Assembly: GCA_964016885.1 (NCBI GenBank)
Contig: OZ024752.1
Coordinates: 32,798,001 to 32,862,000, forward strand
DNA length: 64,000 nt
Origin: Eledone cirrhosa
Lineage: Eukaryota
Direction: 5' to 3'
Shown here: positions 11,701-25,753 of the stretch, one piece after another
Numbering within the stretch: the first letter of the stretch is position 1
How the letters are laid out: each line of letters starts with the position of its first letter
The notes under the pieces: model-generated
Told to the model about the DNA's origin: nothing
Databases searched by the model: none
Seen by the model: only the letters and a program-made list of their open reading frames with translations
Program-made: the position numbers and the translations under genes

Positions 11701-14700
11701 GTATATATAGTGTATGTTGGTATATATAGTGTCTGTTGATATATATAGTATATGTTGGTATATATAGTGTCTGTTGGTATATATAGTGTCTGTTGGTATA
11801 TATAGTGTCTGTTGGTATATATAGTGTCTGTTAGTATATATAGTATATGTTGGTATATATAGTGTCTGTTAGTATATATAGTGTCTGTTGGTATATATAG
11901 TGTCTGTTGGTATATATAGTGTCTGTTGATATATATAGTATATGTTGGTATATATAGTGTCTGTTGGTATATATATAGTGTCTGTTAGTATATATAGTGT
12001 CTGTTGGTATATATAGTGTCTGTTGGTATATATAGTATATGTTGGTATATATATATTGTATGTTGTTATATATAGTGTCTGTTGTTATATATAGTGTCTG
12101 TTGGTATATATAGTGTCTGTTGGTATATATAGTATCTGTTGGTATATATAGTGTCTGTTGGTATATATAGTATATGTTGGTATATATATATTGTATGTTG
12201 GTATATATAGTGTATGTTGGTATATATAGTGTCTGTTGGTATATATATAGTGTCTGTTGGTATATATAGTGTCTGTTGGTATATATAGTATATGTTGGTA
12301 TATATATATTGTATGTTGGTATATATAGTATCTGTTGGTATATATATAGTGTATGTTGGTATATATAGTGTCTGTTGGTATATATAGTGTCTGTTAGTAT
12401 ATATAGTGTCTGTTGGTATATATAGTATATGTTGGTATATATATATTGAATGTTGGTATATATAGTACATGTTGGTATATATAGTATATGTTGGTATATA
12501 TAGTATATGTTGGTATATATAGTATATGTTGGTATATATAGTATCTGTTTGTATATATAGTATATGTTGGTATATATAGTGTCTGTTGGTATATATAGTA
12601 TATGCTGGTATATATAGTGTCTGTTGTTATATATATAGTACATGTTGGTATATATAGTGTATGTTGGTATATATAGTGTATGTTGGTATATATAGTGTCT
12701 GTTGGTATATACAGTATATCTTGGTATATATAGTATATGTTGGTATATATAGTGTCTGTTGGTATATATAGTGTATGTTGGTATATATAGTGTCTGTTGG
12801 TATATATAGTATCTGTTGGTATATATAGTATATGCTGGTATATATAGTGTCTGTTGGTATATACAGTATATGTTGGTATATATAGTGTTTGTTGGTATAT
12901 ATAGTGTATGTTGGTATATATAGTGTCTGTTGGTATATACAGTATATGTTGGTATATATAGTGTATGTTGGTATATAGAGTATATCTTGGTATATATAGT
13001 ATATGTTGGTATATATAGTGTATGTTGGTGTATATAGTATATATTGGTATATATAGTATATGTTGGTATATATAGTATATGTTGGTATATATAGTGTATG
13101 TTGGTATATATAGTATATGATGGTATATATAGTGTATGTTGGTATATATATATAGTGTATGTTGGTATATATAGTATCTGTTGGTATATATAGTATATGT
13201 TGGTATATATAGTGTATGTTGGTATATATAGTATATGATGGTATATATAGTGTCTGTTGATATATATAGTATATGTTGGTATATATAGTGTCTGTTGGTA
13301 TATATATAGTGTCTGTTAGTATATATAGTGTCTGTTGGTATATATAGTGTATGTTGGTATATACAGTATATCTTGGTATATATAGTATATGTTGGTATAT
13401 ATAGTGTATGTTGGTGTATATATTATATATTGGTATATATAGTATATGTTGGTATATATAGTATATGTTGGTATATATAGTGTATGTTGGTATATATAGT
13501 ATATGTTGGTATATATATATTGTATGTTGGTATATATAGCGTATGTTGGTATATATAGTGTCTGTTGGCATATATATAGTGTCTGTTAGTATATATAGTG
13601 TCCGTTGGTATATATAGTGTCTGTTGGTATATATAGTATATGTTGGTATATATATATTGTATGTTGGTATATATAGTGTCTGTTGGTATATATATAGTGT
13701 ATGTTGGTATATATAGTGTCTGTTGGTATATATAGTGTCTGTTAGTATATATAGTGTCTGTTGGTATATATAGTATATGTTGGTATATATATATATTGAA
13801 TGTTGGTATATATAGTACATGTTGGTATATATAGTATATGTTGGTATATATAGTATCTGTTTGTATATATAGTATATGTTGGTATATATAGTGTCTGTTG
13901 GTATATATAGTATATGTTCGTATATATAGTGTCTGTTGTTATATATATAGTACATGTTGGTATATATAGTATATGTTGGTATATATATATTGTATGTTGG
14001 TATATATAGTGTATGTTGGTATATATAGTGTCTGTTGGTATATATATAGTGTCTGTTGGTATATATAGTGTCTGTTGGTATATATAGTATATGTTGGTAT
14101 ATATATATTGTATGTTGGTATATACAGTGTCTGTTGGTATATATATAGTGTATGTTGGTATATATAGTGTCTGTTGGTATATATAGTGTCTGTTAGTATA
14201 TATAGTGTCTGTTGGTATATATAGTATATGTTGGTATATATATATTGAATGTTGGTATATATAGTACATGTTGGTATATATAGTATATGTTGGTATATAT
14301 AGTATATGTTGGTATATATAGTATCTGTTTGTATATATAGTATATGTTGGTATATATAGTGTCTGTTGGTATATATAGTATATGCTGGTATATATAGTGT
14401 CTGTTGTTATATATATAGTACATGTTGGTATATATAGTGTATGTTGGTATATATAGTGTATGTTGGTATATATAGTGTCTGTTGGTATATACAGTATATC
14501 TTGGTATATATAGTATATGTTGGTATATATAGTGTCTGTTGGTATATATAGTGTATGTTGGTATATATAGTGTCTGTTGGTATATATAGTGTCTGTTGGT
14601 ATATATAGTATCTGTTGGTGTATATAGTATATGCTGGTATATATAGTGTCTGTTGGTATATAAGTATATGTTGGTATATATAGTGTTTGTTGGTATATAT

Positions 14701-17700
14701 AGTGTATGTTGGTATATATAGTGTCTGTTGGTATATACAGTATATGTTGGTATATATAGTGTATGTTGGTATATACAGTATATCTTGGTATATATAGTAT
14801 ATGTTGGTATATATAGTGTATGTTGGTGTATATAGTATATATTGGTATATATAGTATATGTTGGTATATATAGTATATGTTGGTATATATAGTGTATGTT
14901 GGTATATATAGTATATGATGGTATATATAGTGTATGTTGGTATATATATATAGTGTCTGTTGGTATATATAGTATCTGTTGGTATATATAGTATATGTTG
15001 GTATATATAGTGTATGTTGGTATATATAGTATATGATGGTATATATAGTGTCTGTTGATATATATAGTATATGTTGGTATATATAGTGTATGTTGGTATA
15101 TATATAGTGTCTGTTAGTATATATAGTGTCTGTTGGTATATATAGTGTATGTTGGTATATAGAGTATATCTTGGTATATATAGTATATGTTGGTATATAT
15201 AGTGTATGTTGGTGTATATAGTATATATTGGTATATATAGTATATGTTGGTATATATAGTATATGTTGGTATATATAGTGTATGTTGGTATATATAGTAT
15301 ATGTTGGTATATATATATTGTATGTTGGTATATATAGCGTATGTTGGTATATATAGTGTCTGTTGGCATATATATAGTGTCTGTTAGTATATATAGTGTC
15401 TGTTGGTATATATAGTGTCTGTTGGTATATATAGTATATGTTGGTATATATATATTGTATGTTGGTATATATAGTGTCTGTTGGTATATATATAGTGTAT
15501 GTTGGTATATATAGTGTCTGTTGGTATATATAGTGTCTGTTAGTATATATAGTGTCTGTTGGTATATATAGTATATGTTGGTATATATATATATTGAATG
15601 TTGGTATATATAGTACATGTTGGTATATATAGTATATGTTGGTATATATAGTATATGTTGGTATATATAGTATCTGTTTGTATATATAGTATATGTTGGT
15701 ATATATAGTGTCTGTTGGTATATATAGTATATGTTCGTATATATAGTGTCTGTTGTTATATATATAGTACATGTTGGTATATATAGTGTATGTTGGTATA
15801 TATAGTGTATGTTGGTATATATAGTGTCTGTTGGTATATACAGTATATCTTGGTATATATAGTATATGTTGGTATATATAGTGTCTGTTGGTATATATAG
15901 TGTCTGTTGGTATATCTAGTATCTGTTGGTATATATAGTATATGCTGGTATATATAGTGTCTGTTGGTATATACAGTATATGCTGGTATATATAGTGTAT
16001 GTTGGTATATATAGTATATGATGGTATATATAGTGTATATTGGTATATATAGTATATGTTGGTATATCTAGTATCTGTTGGTATATATAGTATATATTGG
16101 TACATATAGTGTATTTTGGTACATATAGTATATGTTGGTATATATAGTGTCTGTTGGTATATATAGTGTCTGTTGGTATATATAGTGTATGTTGGTATAT
16201 ATAGTGTATGTTGGTATATATAGTATATGTTGGTATATATAGTATATATTGCTATATATAGTGTATGTTGGTATATATAGTATATGTTGGTATATATAGT
16301 ATATATTGGTATATATAGTATATGTTGGTATATATAGTATATGTTGGTATATATAGTATCTGTTGGTATATATAGTATATGTTGGTATATATAGTATATG
16401 TTGGTATATATAGTATCTGTTGGTATATATAGTATATGTTGGTATATATAGTGTCTGTTGGTATATATAGTATCTGTTGGTATATATAGTGTCTGTTGGT
16501 ATATATAGTATCTGTTGGTATATATAGTGTATGTTGGTATATATAGTGTCTGTTGGTATATATAGTGGATGTTGATATATATAGTGTATGTTGATATATA
16601 TAGTGTCTGTTGTTATATATAGTGTCTATTCGTATATATACTGTCTGTTGGTATATATAGTATATGTTGGTATATTTAGTGTATGTTGGTATATATAGTA
16701 TATGTTGGTATATACAGTATATGTTGGTATATATAGTGTATGTTGGTATATATTGTGTCTGTTGATATATATAGTGTCTGTTGGTATATATATAGTGTCT
16801 GTTGGTATATATAGTGTCTGTTGGTATATATAGTATATGTTGGTATATATAGTATCTGTTGGTATATATAGTATATGTTGGTATATATAGTATTTGTTGG
16901 TATATATAGTATATGTTGGTATATATAGTGTATGTTGGTATATATATAGTACATGTTGGTATATATAGTGTATGTTGGTATATATAGTACATGTTGGTAT
17001 ATATAGTGTATGTTGGTATATATAGTGTCTGTTGGTATATATAGTATATGTTGGTATATATAGTGTCTGTTGGTATATATAGTATATGTTGGTATATATA
17101 GTGTATGTTGGTATATATAGTATATGTTGGTATATATATATTGTATGTTGGTATATATAGTGTATGTTGGTATATATAGTGTCTGTTGATATATATAGTA
17201 TATGTTGGTATATATAGTGTCTGTTGGTATATATAGTGTCTGTTGCTATATATAGTGTCTGTTGGTATATATAGTGTCTGTTAGTATATATAGTATATGT
17301 TGGTATATATAGTGTCTGTTAGTATATATAGTGTCTGTTGGTATATATAGTGTCTGTTGGTATATATAGTGTCTGTTGATATATATAGTATATGTTGGTA
17401 TATATAGTGTCTGTTGGTATATATATAGTGTCTGTTAGTATATATAGTGTCTGTTGGTATATATAGTATATGTTGGTATATATAGTGTATGTTGGTATAT
17501 ATAGTATATGATGGTATATATAGTGTCTGTTGATATATATAGTATATGTTGGTATATATAGTGTATGTTGGTATATATATAGTGTCTGTTAGTATATATA
17601 GTGTCTGTTGGTATATATAGTGTATGTTGGTATATACAGTATATCTTGGTATATATAGTGTCTGTTGGTATATATAGTATATGTTGGTATATATATATAT

Positions 17701-19960
17701 TGTATGTTGTTATATATAGTGTCTGTTGTTATATATAGTGTCTGTTGGTATATATAGTGTCTGTTGGTATATATAGTATCTGTTGGTATATATAGTGTCT
17801 GTTGGTATATATAGTATATGTTGGTATATATATATTGTATGTTGGTATATATAGTGTCTGTTGGTATATATAGTGTCTGTTGGTATATATATAGTGTCTG
17901 TTAGTATATATAGTGTCTGTTGGTATATATAGTGTCTGTTGGTATATATAGTATATGTTGGTATATATATATTGTATGTTGGTATATATAGTGTCTGTTG
18001 GTATATATATAGTGTATGTTGGTATATATAGTGTCTGTTGGTATATATAGTGTCTGTTAGTATATATAGTGTCTGTTGGTATATATAGTGTCTGTTGGTA
18101 TATATATAGTGTATGTTGGTATATATAGTGTCTGTTGGTATATATAGTGTCTGTTAGTATATATAGTACATGTCGATATATATAGTATATGTTGGTATAT
18201 ATAGTATCTGTTTGTATATATAGTATATGTTGGTATATATAGTGTCTGTTGGTATATATAGTATATGCTGGTATATATAGTGTCTGTTGTTATATATATA
18301 GTACATGTTGGTATATATAGTGTATGTTGGTATATATAGTGTATGTTGGTATATATAGTGTCTGTTGGTATATACAGTATATCTTGGTATATATAGTATA
18401 TGTTGGTATATATAGTGTCTGTTGGTATATATAGTGTATGTTGGTATGTATAGTGTCTGTTGGTATATATAGTATCTGTTGGTATATATAGTATATGCTG
18501 GTATATATAGTGTCTGTTGGTATATGCAGTATATGTTGGTATATATAGTGTATGTTGGTATATATAGTGTATGTTGGTATATATAGTGTCTGTTGGTATA
18601 TACAGTATATGTTGGTATATATAGTGTATGTTGGTATATACAGGATATCTTGGTATATATAGTATATGTTGGTATATATAGTGTATGTTGGTGTATATAG
18701 TATATATTGGTATATATAGTATATGTTGGTATATATAGTATATGTTGGTATATATAGTGTATGTTGGTATATATATAGTGTCTGTTGGTATATATAGTAT
18801 CTGTTGGTATATATAGTATATGTTGGTATATATAGTGTATGTTGGTATATATAGTATATGATGGTATATATAGTGTCTGTTGATATATATAGTATATGTT
18901 GGTATATATAGTGTCTGTTGGTATATAGTGTCTGTTAGTATATATAGTGTCTGTTGGTATATATAGTGTATGTTGGTATATACAGTATATCTTGGTATAT
19001 ATTGTATATGTTGGTATATATAGTGTATGTTGGTGTATATAGTATATATTGGTATATATAGTATATGTTGGTATATATAGTATATGTTGGTATATATAGT
19101 GTATGTTGGTATATATAGTATATGTTGGTATATATATATATTGTATGTTGGTATATATAGTGTATGTTGGTATATATAGTGTCTGTTGGCATATATATAG
19201 TGTCTGTTAGTATATATAGTGTCTGTTGGTATATATAATGTCTGTTGGTATATATAGTATATGTTGGTATATATATATTGTATGTTGGTATATATAGTGT
19301 CTGTTGGTATATATATAGTGTATGTTGGTATATATAGTGTCTGTTGGTATATATAGTGTCTGTTAGTATATATAGTGTCTGTTTGGATATATAGTATATG
19401 TTGGTATATATATATTGAATGTTGGTATATATAGTACATGTTGGTATATATAGTATATGTTGGTATATATAGTATATGTTGGTATATATAGTATCTGTTT
19501 GTATATATAGTATATGTTGGTATATATAGTGTCTGTTGGTATATATAGTATATGTTCGTATATATAGTGTCTGTTGTTATATATATAGTACATGTTGGTA
19601 TATATAGTGTATGTTGGTATATATAGTGTATGTTGGTATATATATAGTGTCTGCTGGTATATACAGTATATCTTGGTATATATAGTATATGTTGGTATAT
19701 ATAGTGTCTGTTGGTATATATAGTGTCTGTTGGTATATATAGTATCTGTTGGTATATATAGTATATGCTGGTATATATAGTGTCTGTTGGTATATACAGT
19801 ATATGTTGGTATATATAGTGTATGTTGGTATATATAGTGTCTGTTGGTATATACAGTATATGTTGGTATATATAGTGTATGTTGGTATATACAGTATATC
19901 TTGGTATATATAGTATATGTTGATATATATAGTGTATGTTGGTATATATAGTGTATGTTG
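8745..19960. repeat. About 11.2-kb satellite with a 19-bp monomer GTTGGTATATATAGT(A/G)T(A/C)T
   Basis: Uninterrupted array of roughly 570-590 units, including 21/23-bp variants with extra TA. It explains all the YIYQ/IPTY/IYTN ORFs. Confidence 0.98.
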
Positions 19961-20030
19961 GTTGACTTTTGAAATACTTGTGTTGTTGATATTTCAATAT
20001 AAGATATGATATCTGTGTTATTATTGTGAA

Positions 20031-20180
20031 GGATTGGCAGTATCGGTAGACCTTTTATGTCTGAGTTGAAATCTCGTCGAGATTGACTTTGTCTTTCACC
20101 CTTACTGGGTCGATAAAATAAAGTACCAGTAATACGCTGGGGTAATTGCTGGCCTTGTGCCAAAAGTAGAAACAATTATT
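20031..20180 (+). mobile_element. SINE family A, internally deleted
   Basis: Head ggattggcagtatcggtaga joined directly to the B-box region; normal tail. Confidence 0.8.
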
Positions 20181-20490
20181 ATTGTGAATGATATAAGCAT
20201 AAACGATAGATAGTAGATGTTTAGTAGGAAAACAGATGGGTTGATATTGGATATATAGATAGATATATCAATACATAGATAGGTAGATAATAGATGGATG
20301 GATAGATAAATAGAGGGATAGATAGATATAGAGAGGGATAGATAGATATAGAGAGATAGAAACATTAGTGTCTTCAGTTCATGCCAACTCAAGAGCAAGA
20401 ATGAAGGGTTCATTCTACTGACATGGCTGTAAAATTGAGGCTTGTTTGCATAATTGCAAACGAATCGAATGTTATTATTAATATTCGAAA

Positions 20491-20677
20491 GGGTGGTGGA
20501 TTGGCAGTATCGGTAGAGGGTCGGACGCCATGCTTTGACGCATAGAGTTACGGCCCTTTATGATCTGAGTTCAAATCCCGCCGAGGTTAACTTTGCCTTT
20601 CATCCTTACGGGGTCGATAAAATAAAGTACCAGTAATGCACTGGGTAATTGCTGGCCTTGTGCCAAAAGTAGAAACA
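20491..20677 (+). mobile_element. Full-length tRNA-derived SINE family A with 17-bp TSD
   Basis: A-box TGGCAGTATCGGTAGA, B-box GAGTTCAAATCC, central domain ctttgcctttcatccttacggggtcgataaaataaagtaccag (recalled as resembling the Meta/Sauria-type SINE domain). TSD attattaatattcgaaa at 20474-20490 and 20678-20694. Confidence 0.93.
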
Positions 20678-20829
20678 ATTATTAATATTCGAAAAACTCA
20701 GATTACATTTATTGAGAGATAGATAGGGTAGATAGATAGGGTAGATAGATAGGGTAGATAAAAGATGGGTAGATAGATCGATAATAAATGGATCGATAGA
20801 TATATAGATGGATAGGTAGATACATAAAT

Positions 20830-21032
20830 ATATTTCTTTATTAGCCACAGGGGCACAAAAGAAGGAGACAAATACAAAGGGGGAAGTTTACATACAATAA
20901 AAACGTGTAAAATATTATCACAAATGCAATTTAAAAATTAGTCGATTTTCCCCAATAGAGGGAGACATTACATATGAGTAACACATACCCCCGAAAAAAA
21001 TGTGCAACCCTCATCTCCAGGAGTACGAAGAG
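20830..21032 (-). mobile_element. 3' UTR fragment of the L1/Tx1-like LINE found at 39.6 kb, inserted in a (GATA)n tract
   Basis: Reverse complement closely matches about 40257-40457. Confidence 0.9.
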
Positions 21033-21036
21033 GTAG

Positions 21037-21096
<60 letters not shown>

Positions 21097-21619
21097 AGGA
21101 TAAACATAGAAAGACAGATAGATAGTTAAACTAATAAAGTGGGAAGAAAGTAAGCTAGACTTAGATAAGAAAAGAATAATATTATTTCTTATCGGTGTTT
21201 GTTGTAAGTAGGAAGAAAGGAAAGTGTGCATTAAAAGACGTGTCTAGTTTAACATGTTCTAAGATTCAATTTATTTCGTATAATCATATATTCAGTATCA
21301 CATGTTGTGCCGAAGTGTAAATTTATACATTTACAAACATAGCAAATCTACTTCAGATTCGATAACATTTCAACTGAAGCCTTCATTTGCAAGTCTAACA
21401 ACTTCGCCATTTCATATCACTCTGCAATACAAAATGTCAGCTAAGATATATCTTTGCTACGTTTCCAGATAGCGAGGTCGGTTATATTACGTTTAGAAAA
21501 CACAAACTGTGCCAAATCCATTACAGACTAATATAACTGATTGTTAAACACGTTGTATTTTAACTTGGATTATTTCATTTTATTTAATAATGTTGTTGTA
21601 GATTTACTATGCTTGGAGA

Positions 21620-21928
21620 CAGGGACCTCGTTTGCCTTAAAAATGTGAGGGGGCACAAGCCAACATTTGCTGGTTCGTAAAGGAGCGTTTTAATATTACT
21701 TATGGTGCCTTTCCCGGACCCATCACATAAGTAAAATTTTACGCTAATTAAATTTTGTATATTCAAATTTTTGTATGTTCAGATATAAAAAAAAAAAAAA
21801 AGCTTAAAAAGAATTTATCATATCAAATACACAAAAAATAAAACATAGACGTTTGAAAAAGTGTGTGTGTATGTGTGGGTGGGTGGGGGTTACTTGTCCC
21901 CTGGTACCCCCCTGAAACAAGGCCGTTG
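21620..21928 (+). mobile_element. Non-autonomous hAT-type DNA transposon (MITE)
   Basis: Imperfect TIRs cagggacctcgttt / gaaacaaggccgttg, with a perfect 8-bp TSD cttggaga at 21612-21619 and 21929-21936. A second copy lies at 27393-27670. Confidence 0.85.
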
Positions 21929-22020
21929 CTTGGAGATAAGATAGCACGATCAAGCTGGAATGTCTTTGATCGTAGTTTTGTTCGATTAAGGTTAATCTGG
22001 AGTTAAACTATAACAATAAT

Positions 22021-22077
<57 letters not shown>

Positions 22078-23184
22078 ACAGAGAGAGAGAGAGACGGAAA
22101 CAAGATACTGACAATTTCAGTCATTTTCTCGACATCAGTTACTAACAACTCCATGGAGGGTTTAAGATAATGTTGAAACTAGAAACTGTAAATTATTTAT
22201 TCACTCCATCCAGTGTCATTCTGTCTCCATTATCTTTACCTGCTTTCACCAACTGAAATATAACTCACACAATATTCTATTTCTAGTGGTGTAGTTACTT
22301 TGAAAAGCGTTTGTAACATTTATGTTTTATTAACTATCTAAACATACATATTTCTAATGTGCTAGCGTATGCTTATTTTCAAATAAGGTTGTTGGATGTT
22401 TTAAAATGTCTCTCTGTATGTGTTAAACGCAAAGAGAGTTTGTTATCAGTAAAATTTACTTTTAGTTGGCTTTATTAGAATTTATGCCTGCAAACATTTC
22501 CAGTGGCATTGATGGATGGAAGTAATTTTATATTATTTATTGATGAGAAAATAAATAAAACCTGATCTTTTGAAAGTAGGCAAAACAGCAGTCTATTACG
22601 CAAACAATATCGTCAAAGTATCGTCTGCAAAACCACAGTTGTCATCAGTCGTATGTTGTTGTTACCTAGAGCCAACATCAACTCGCATCGAGAAGATCTT
22701 GGATCAAAAACAAGCCTTCCAACCATAAACATTCCATTGATTAACAAACATCGCAGTAGTAAACAAACTTTTACGAAGCGCTGAAAAGATGAAGTAATTA
22801 TAAAGAACAGTGTACTCATGCTCGGATATGCTATAAAATAGCTTATAAAATAGAGCGAAGACCCCATTTAAAAACGGGAAAAGAAGTTGCCATCGGCCGC
22901 TGTGATGAATTGAACCTCATGTCTTCCGAATACCAGCTAGGCGTTTGAAACCATCAACCCAAGGGATTGTGACAACTCTTACTAAGTTATTTTATTTTAT
23001 ATTTTACACGGTTACATAGATACAGTTCTAATCTGTGTGTGAAGTAGCTTGGAAATTAGTAATAAAAATATATATTACTGATTTTTACAATCAATAAATT
23101 TTGCCTGACAAAAGCAACTATAGTGAAAATCTGTTGTTCTTTTAAAATTTATCAACGCAAGGGATAGCGACAAATTATATAGAT

Positions 23185-23380
23185 ATATTTCTTTATTTGC
23201 CACAAGGGCGCACAAGGAAAGGCGACAATACAAAAACATATGACGGAGATTTTACATACAGTCGTGTAAAAAAGTTTTAACATGAAAATATTACATTAGA
23301 AATCCCCAATAGTGGGGAGGTGTTACAAATGGGTTGCTTTATACCCTGTAGATAGAACAACCCTCAACTCCAGAACGGAA
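23185..23380 (-). mobile_element. Diverged 3' UTR fragment related to the L1/Tx1-like LINE
   Basis: Shares atttctttatt.gccaca.ggg.gcacaa, ccccaatag.gggag and caaccctca.ctccag with 20830-21032. Confidence 0.7.
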
Positions 23381-23746
23381 TCACACCTTTCAGCATTGTT
23401 TATATTAATTCTAATATTATTTCAGGTGTAATTATTTCCGGTCTGCATTGTCCCAAATTGTCCTTTTTTTTTTTATGACGATAGAGTATAATATAACAGA
23501 GATCTTCATTGCTATTTTCAGCAGATCAAGTGCCCAGGAAGAAGCCTTCTTAGTGGTTCCTCCAAGTTATATTAATTGGTACAATGAATATGTGGTTGCT
23601 CAGTCTGATCCGGTTCTATGTTATATATTCTCTTAAACCAGTGGTCTCCAGCCTTTTTTATTCCACAGACCGGCTTCATGCCGGACAATCTTTCCGCGGA
23701 CCATTAGTTGCGCATATGTGTTATTTAACCCTTTAGTATATCTCAT

Positions 23747-23850
<104 letters not shown>

Positions 23851-23887
23851 TCTCCCCTCCCTCTCTCTCCGATAGCAGTGAATAGAT

Positions 23888-23995
23888 ATGTGTTCCGGGA
23901 CTTAGAACATCGGAAGTCTCCACTGTTAAGGGATCTAACACAAATCTATTGTTTCTTATCTTGATTGGATCATCTTTCACAAAAGCACGTGTACG
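23888..23995 (-). mobile_element. Possible CRE-like non-LTR element, restriction-like endonuclease fragment
   Basis: Translation KIRNNRFVLDPLTVETSDVLSPGT resembles the F.P.AVET.G..GP motif and overlaps the TSGVLGP motif at 63.3 kb. Confidence 0.5.
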
Positions 23996-24702
23996 CGTTA
24001 ATGTAATTTTGTAGGAAAGAGGGAACAAATATAAGATAGACGGTAAATGAATAAATTTGAATATTATTATTTTATTTTATTTATTTATCTTTTTTTTTTA
24101 AATTATTTCCTTTGTCTATGACGAACATGGACACTTATTTGATTATCAACACACACACATACACACACACACATACACACAGATACACACATACACACAC
24201 ATATACACATACACACACACGTACACACATACACGCATACACGCACATGCACACACATACACACACCCACACACATACACACATATACACACATAATACG
24301 CATAGACACACACACATACACACACACATACACACACATACGCACACGCACACATACATACGCGCACACATACACCCATCCACACACGCAGTTACACACA
24401 TACACATACACACACACACACACGTATATATAACTGGTAGGTAGCATGCTACCACTAATGAAATCCTTTAATTAACGGTTTCCGTTTAATGTCCAAAATT
24501 ATCTTTTTCAACAGTTACTATTTTAAATTAAAATGTGTTGTGCGTTCACACACCCGCACGTACACACACTCATTCACACACACACACATACACACACACA
24601 TAATGTGTGTACGCACAACATACATTTAGATTTAAAATGGTAAATGCTGAAAAGATTATAATTTAGGACATATACACATATACACATACGCGCCCCCCCC
24701 CC

Positions 24703-24737
<35 letters not shown>

Positions 24738-24955
24738 CATATATTTAATACAATAACAGAGATAGCTTAAAGCTAAACTCTGACTGGCAACCATCTCACT
24801 CAACAAACATTAGGTTATATGTTAGTATAAACCCAATTTAAGTGTTTGGGGTGCTAACTATATGTATTATGTGGAAAGCCAGTTGTATTATTTTATGAGA
24901 TATAATTAAAGTTAAAATATATATTGGGTCTACAAATTTCATACTTGAGGACCCA

Positions 24956-25017
<62 letters not shown>

Positions 25018-25330
25018 AAGTTAGAATGTTATATATATATAATTGGCATATGTGAATATAATTTGTATATATATATATATATATATAGGTAGATACTTAG
25101 AGAGATATAGATGAATTTATCGTAGTCATCGTTGCCCAAAGGCAACACGAATCGATAAATGTGGAATGAGTCAATCGATAAATGTGGAATGAGTCAATCA
25201 TTTACTCTGATAAACGGAAATAATGTCTTCTCAGAGTAGTAATTACCAATTCCATTTTGAAAGAGTTTTATACGGAAGACATTAACAAGGTGTAGAAATC
25301 TGACAGAGAATGACGGCATTGCTATAAATA

Positions 25331-25513
25331 ATTATTTCTACTTTTGGCACAAGGCCAGCAATTACCTAGTGCATTACTGGTACTTTATTTTATCGACCCC
25401 GTAAGGATGAAAGGCAAAGTTAACCTCGGCGGGATTTGAACTCAGATTGGAAAGGGTCGTAACTCTATGCATCAAAGCATGGCGTCCGACCCTCTACCGA
25501 TACTGCCAATCCA
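25331..25513 (-). mobile_element. SINE family A
   Basis: Reverse complement of the family A consensus. Confidence 0.9.
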
Positions 25514-25753
25514 CAATGGTTGAGAAAATCAACTAAAATACCCCTGGAGACGTCGATAGAGGTGAACAAATAGCAAGAAAACTTTAATTAATTAATTATA
25601 TGTAAGATAATTTATTTTATAATGAACGCCTTGTCTGATTTTTATTTAACGTTTATTTTTAAAAAAAATTAGAATTCTACATTTTTTTCCTAAAATAAGT
25701 CTTCTCAAAAGTCTCTCATGTGTCTTGGTGGCCGAGGGTCGTTGATTATTTTT

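Noticed and set aside
8641-20175. Long Y/I/T-rich ORFs (up to 787 aa)
   Set aside because: Translations of the 19-bp satellite; the same peptide words appear in all three frames.
20491-20590. tRNA genes suggested by A/B boxes (also 22890-22960 and 29100-29210)
   Set aside because: No complete cloverleaf; they are SINE heads or decayed fragments.
22560-22870. Unique-looking stretch with moderately long open frames
   Set aside because: No recognisable domain or convincing splice boundaries.
23639-23705. Charlie/hAT-like terminus cagtggtctccagcc
   Set aside because: No matching opposite TIR or TSD found.
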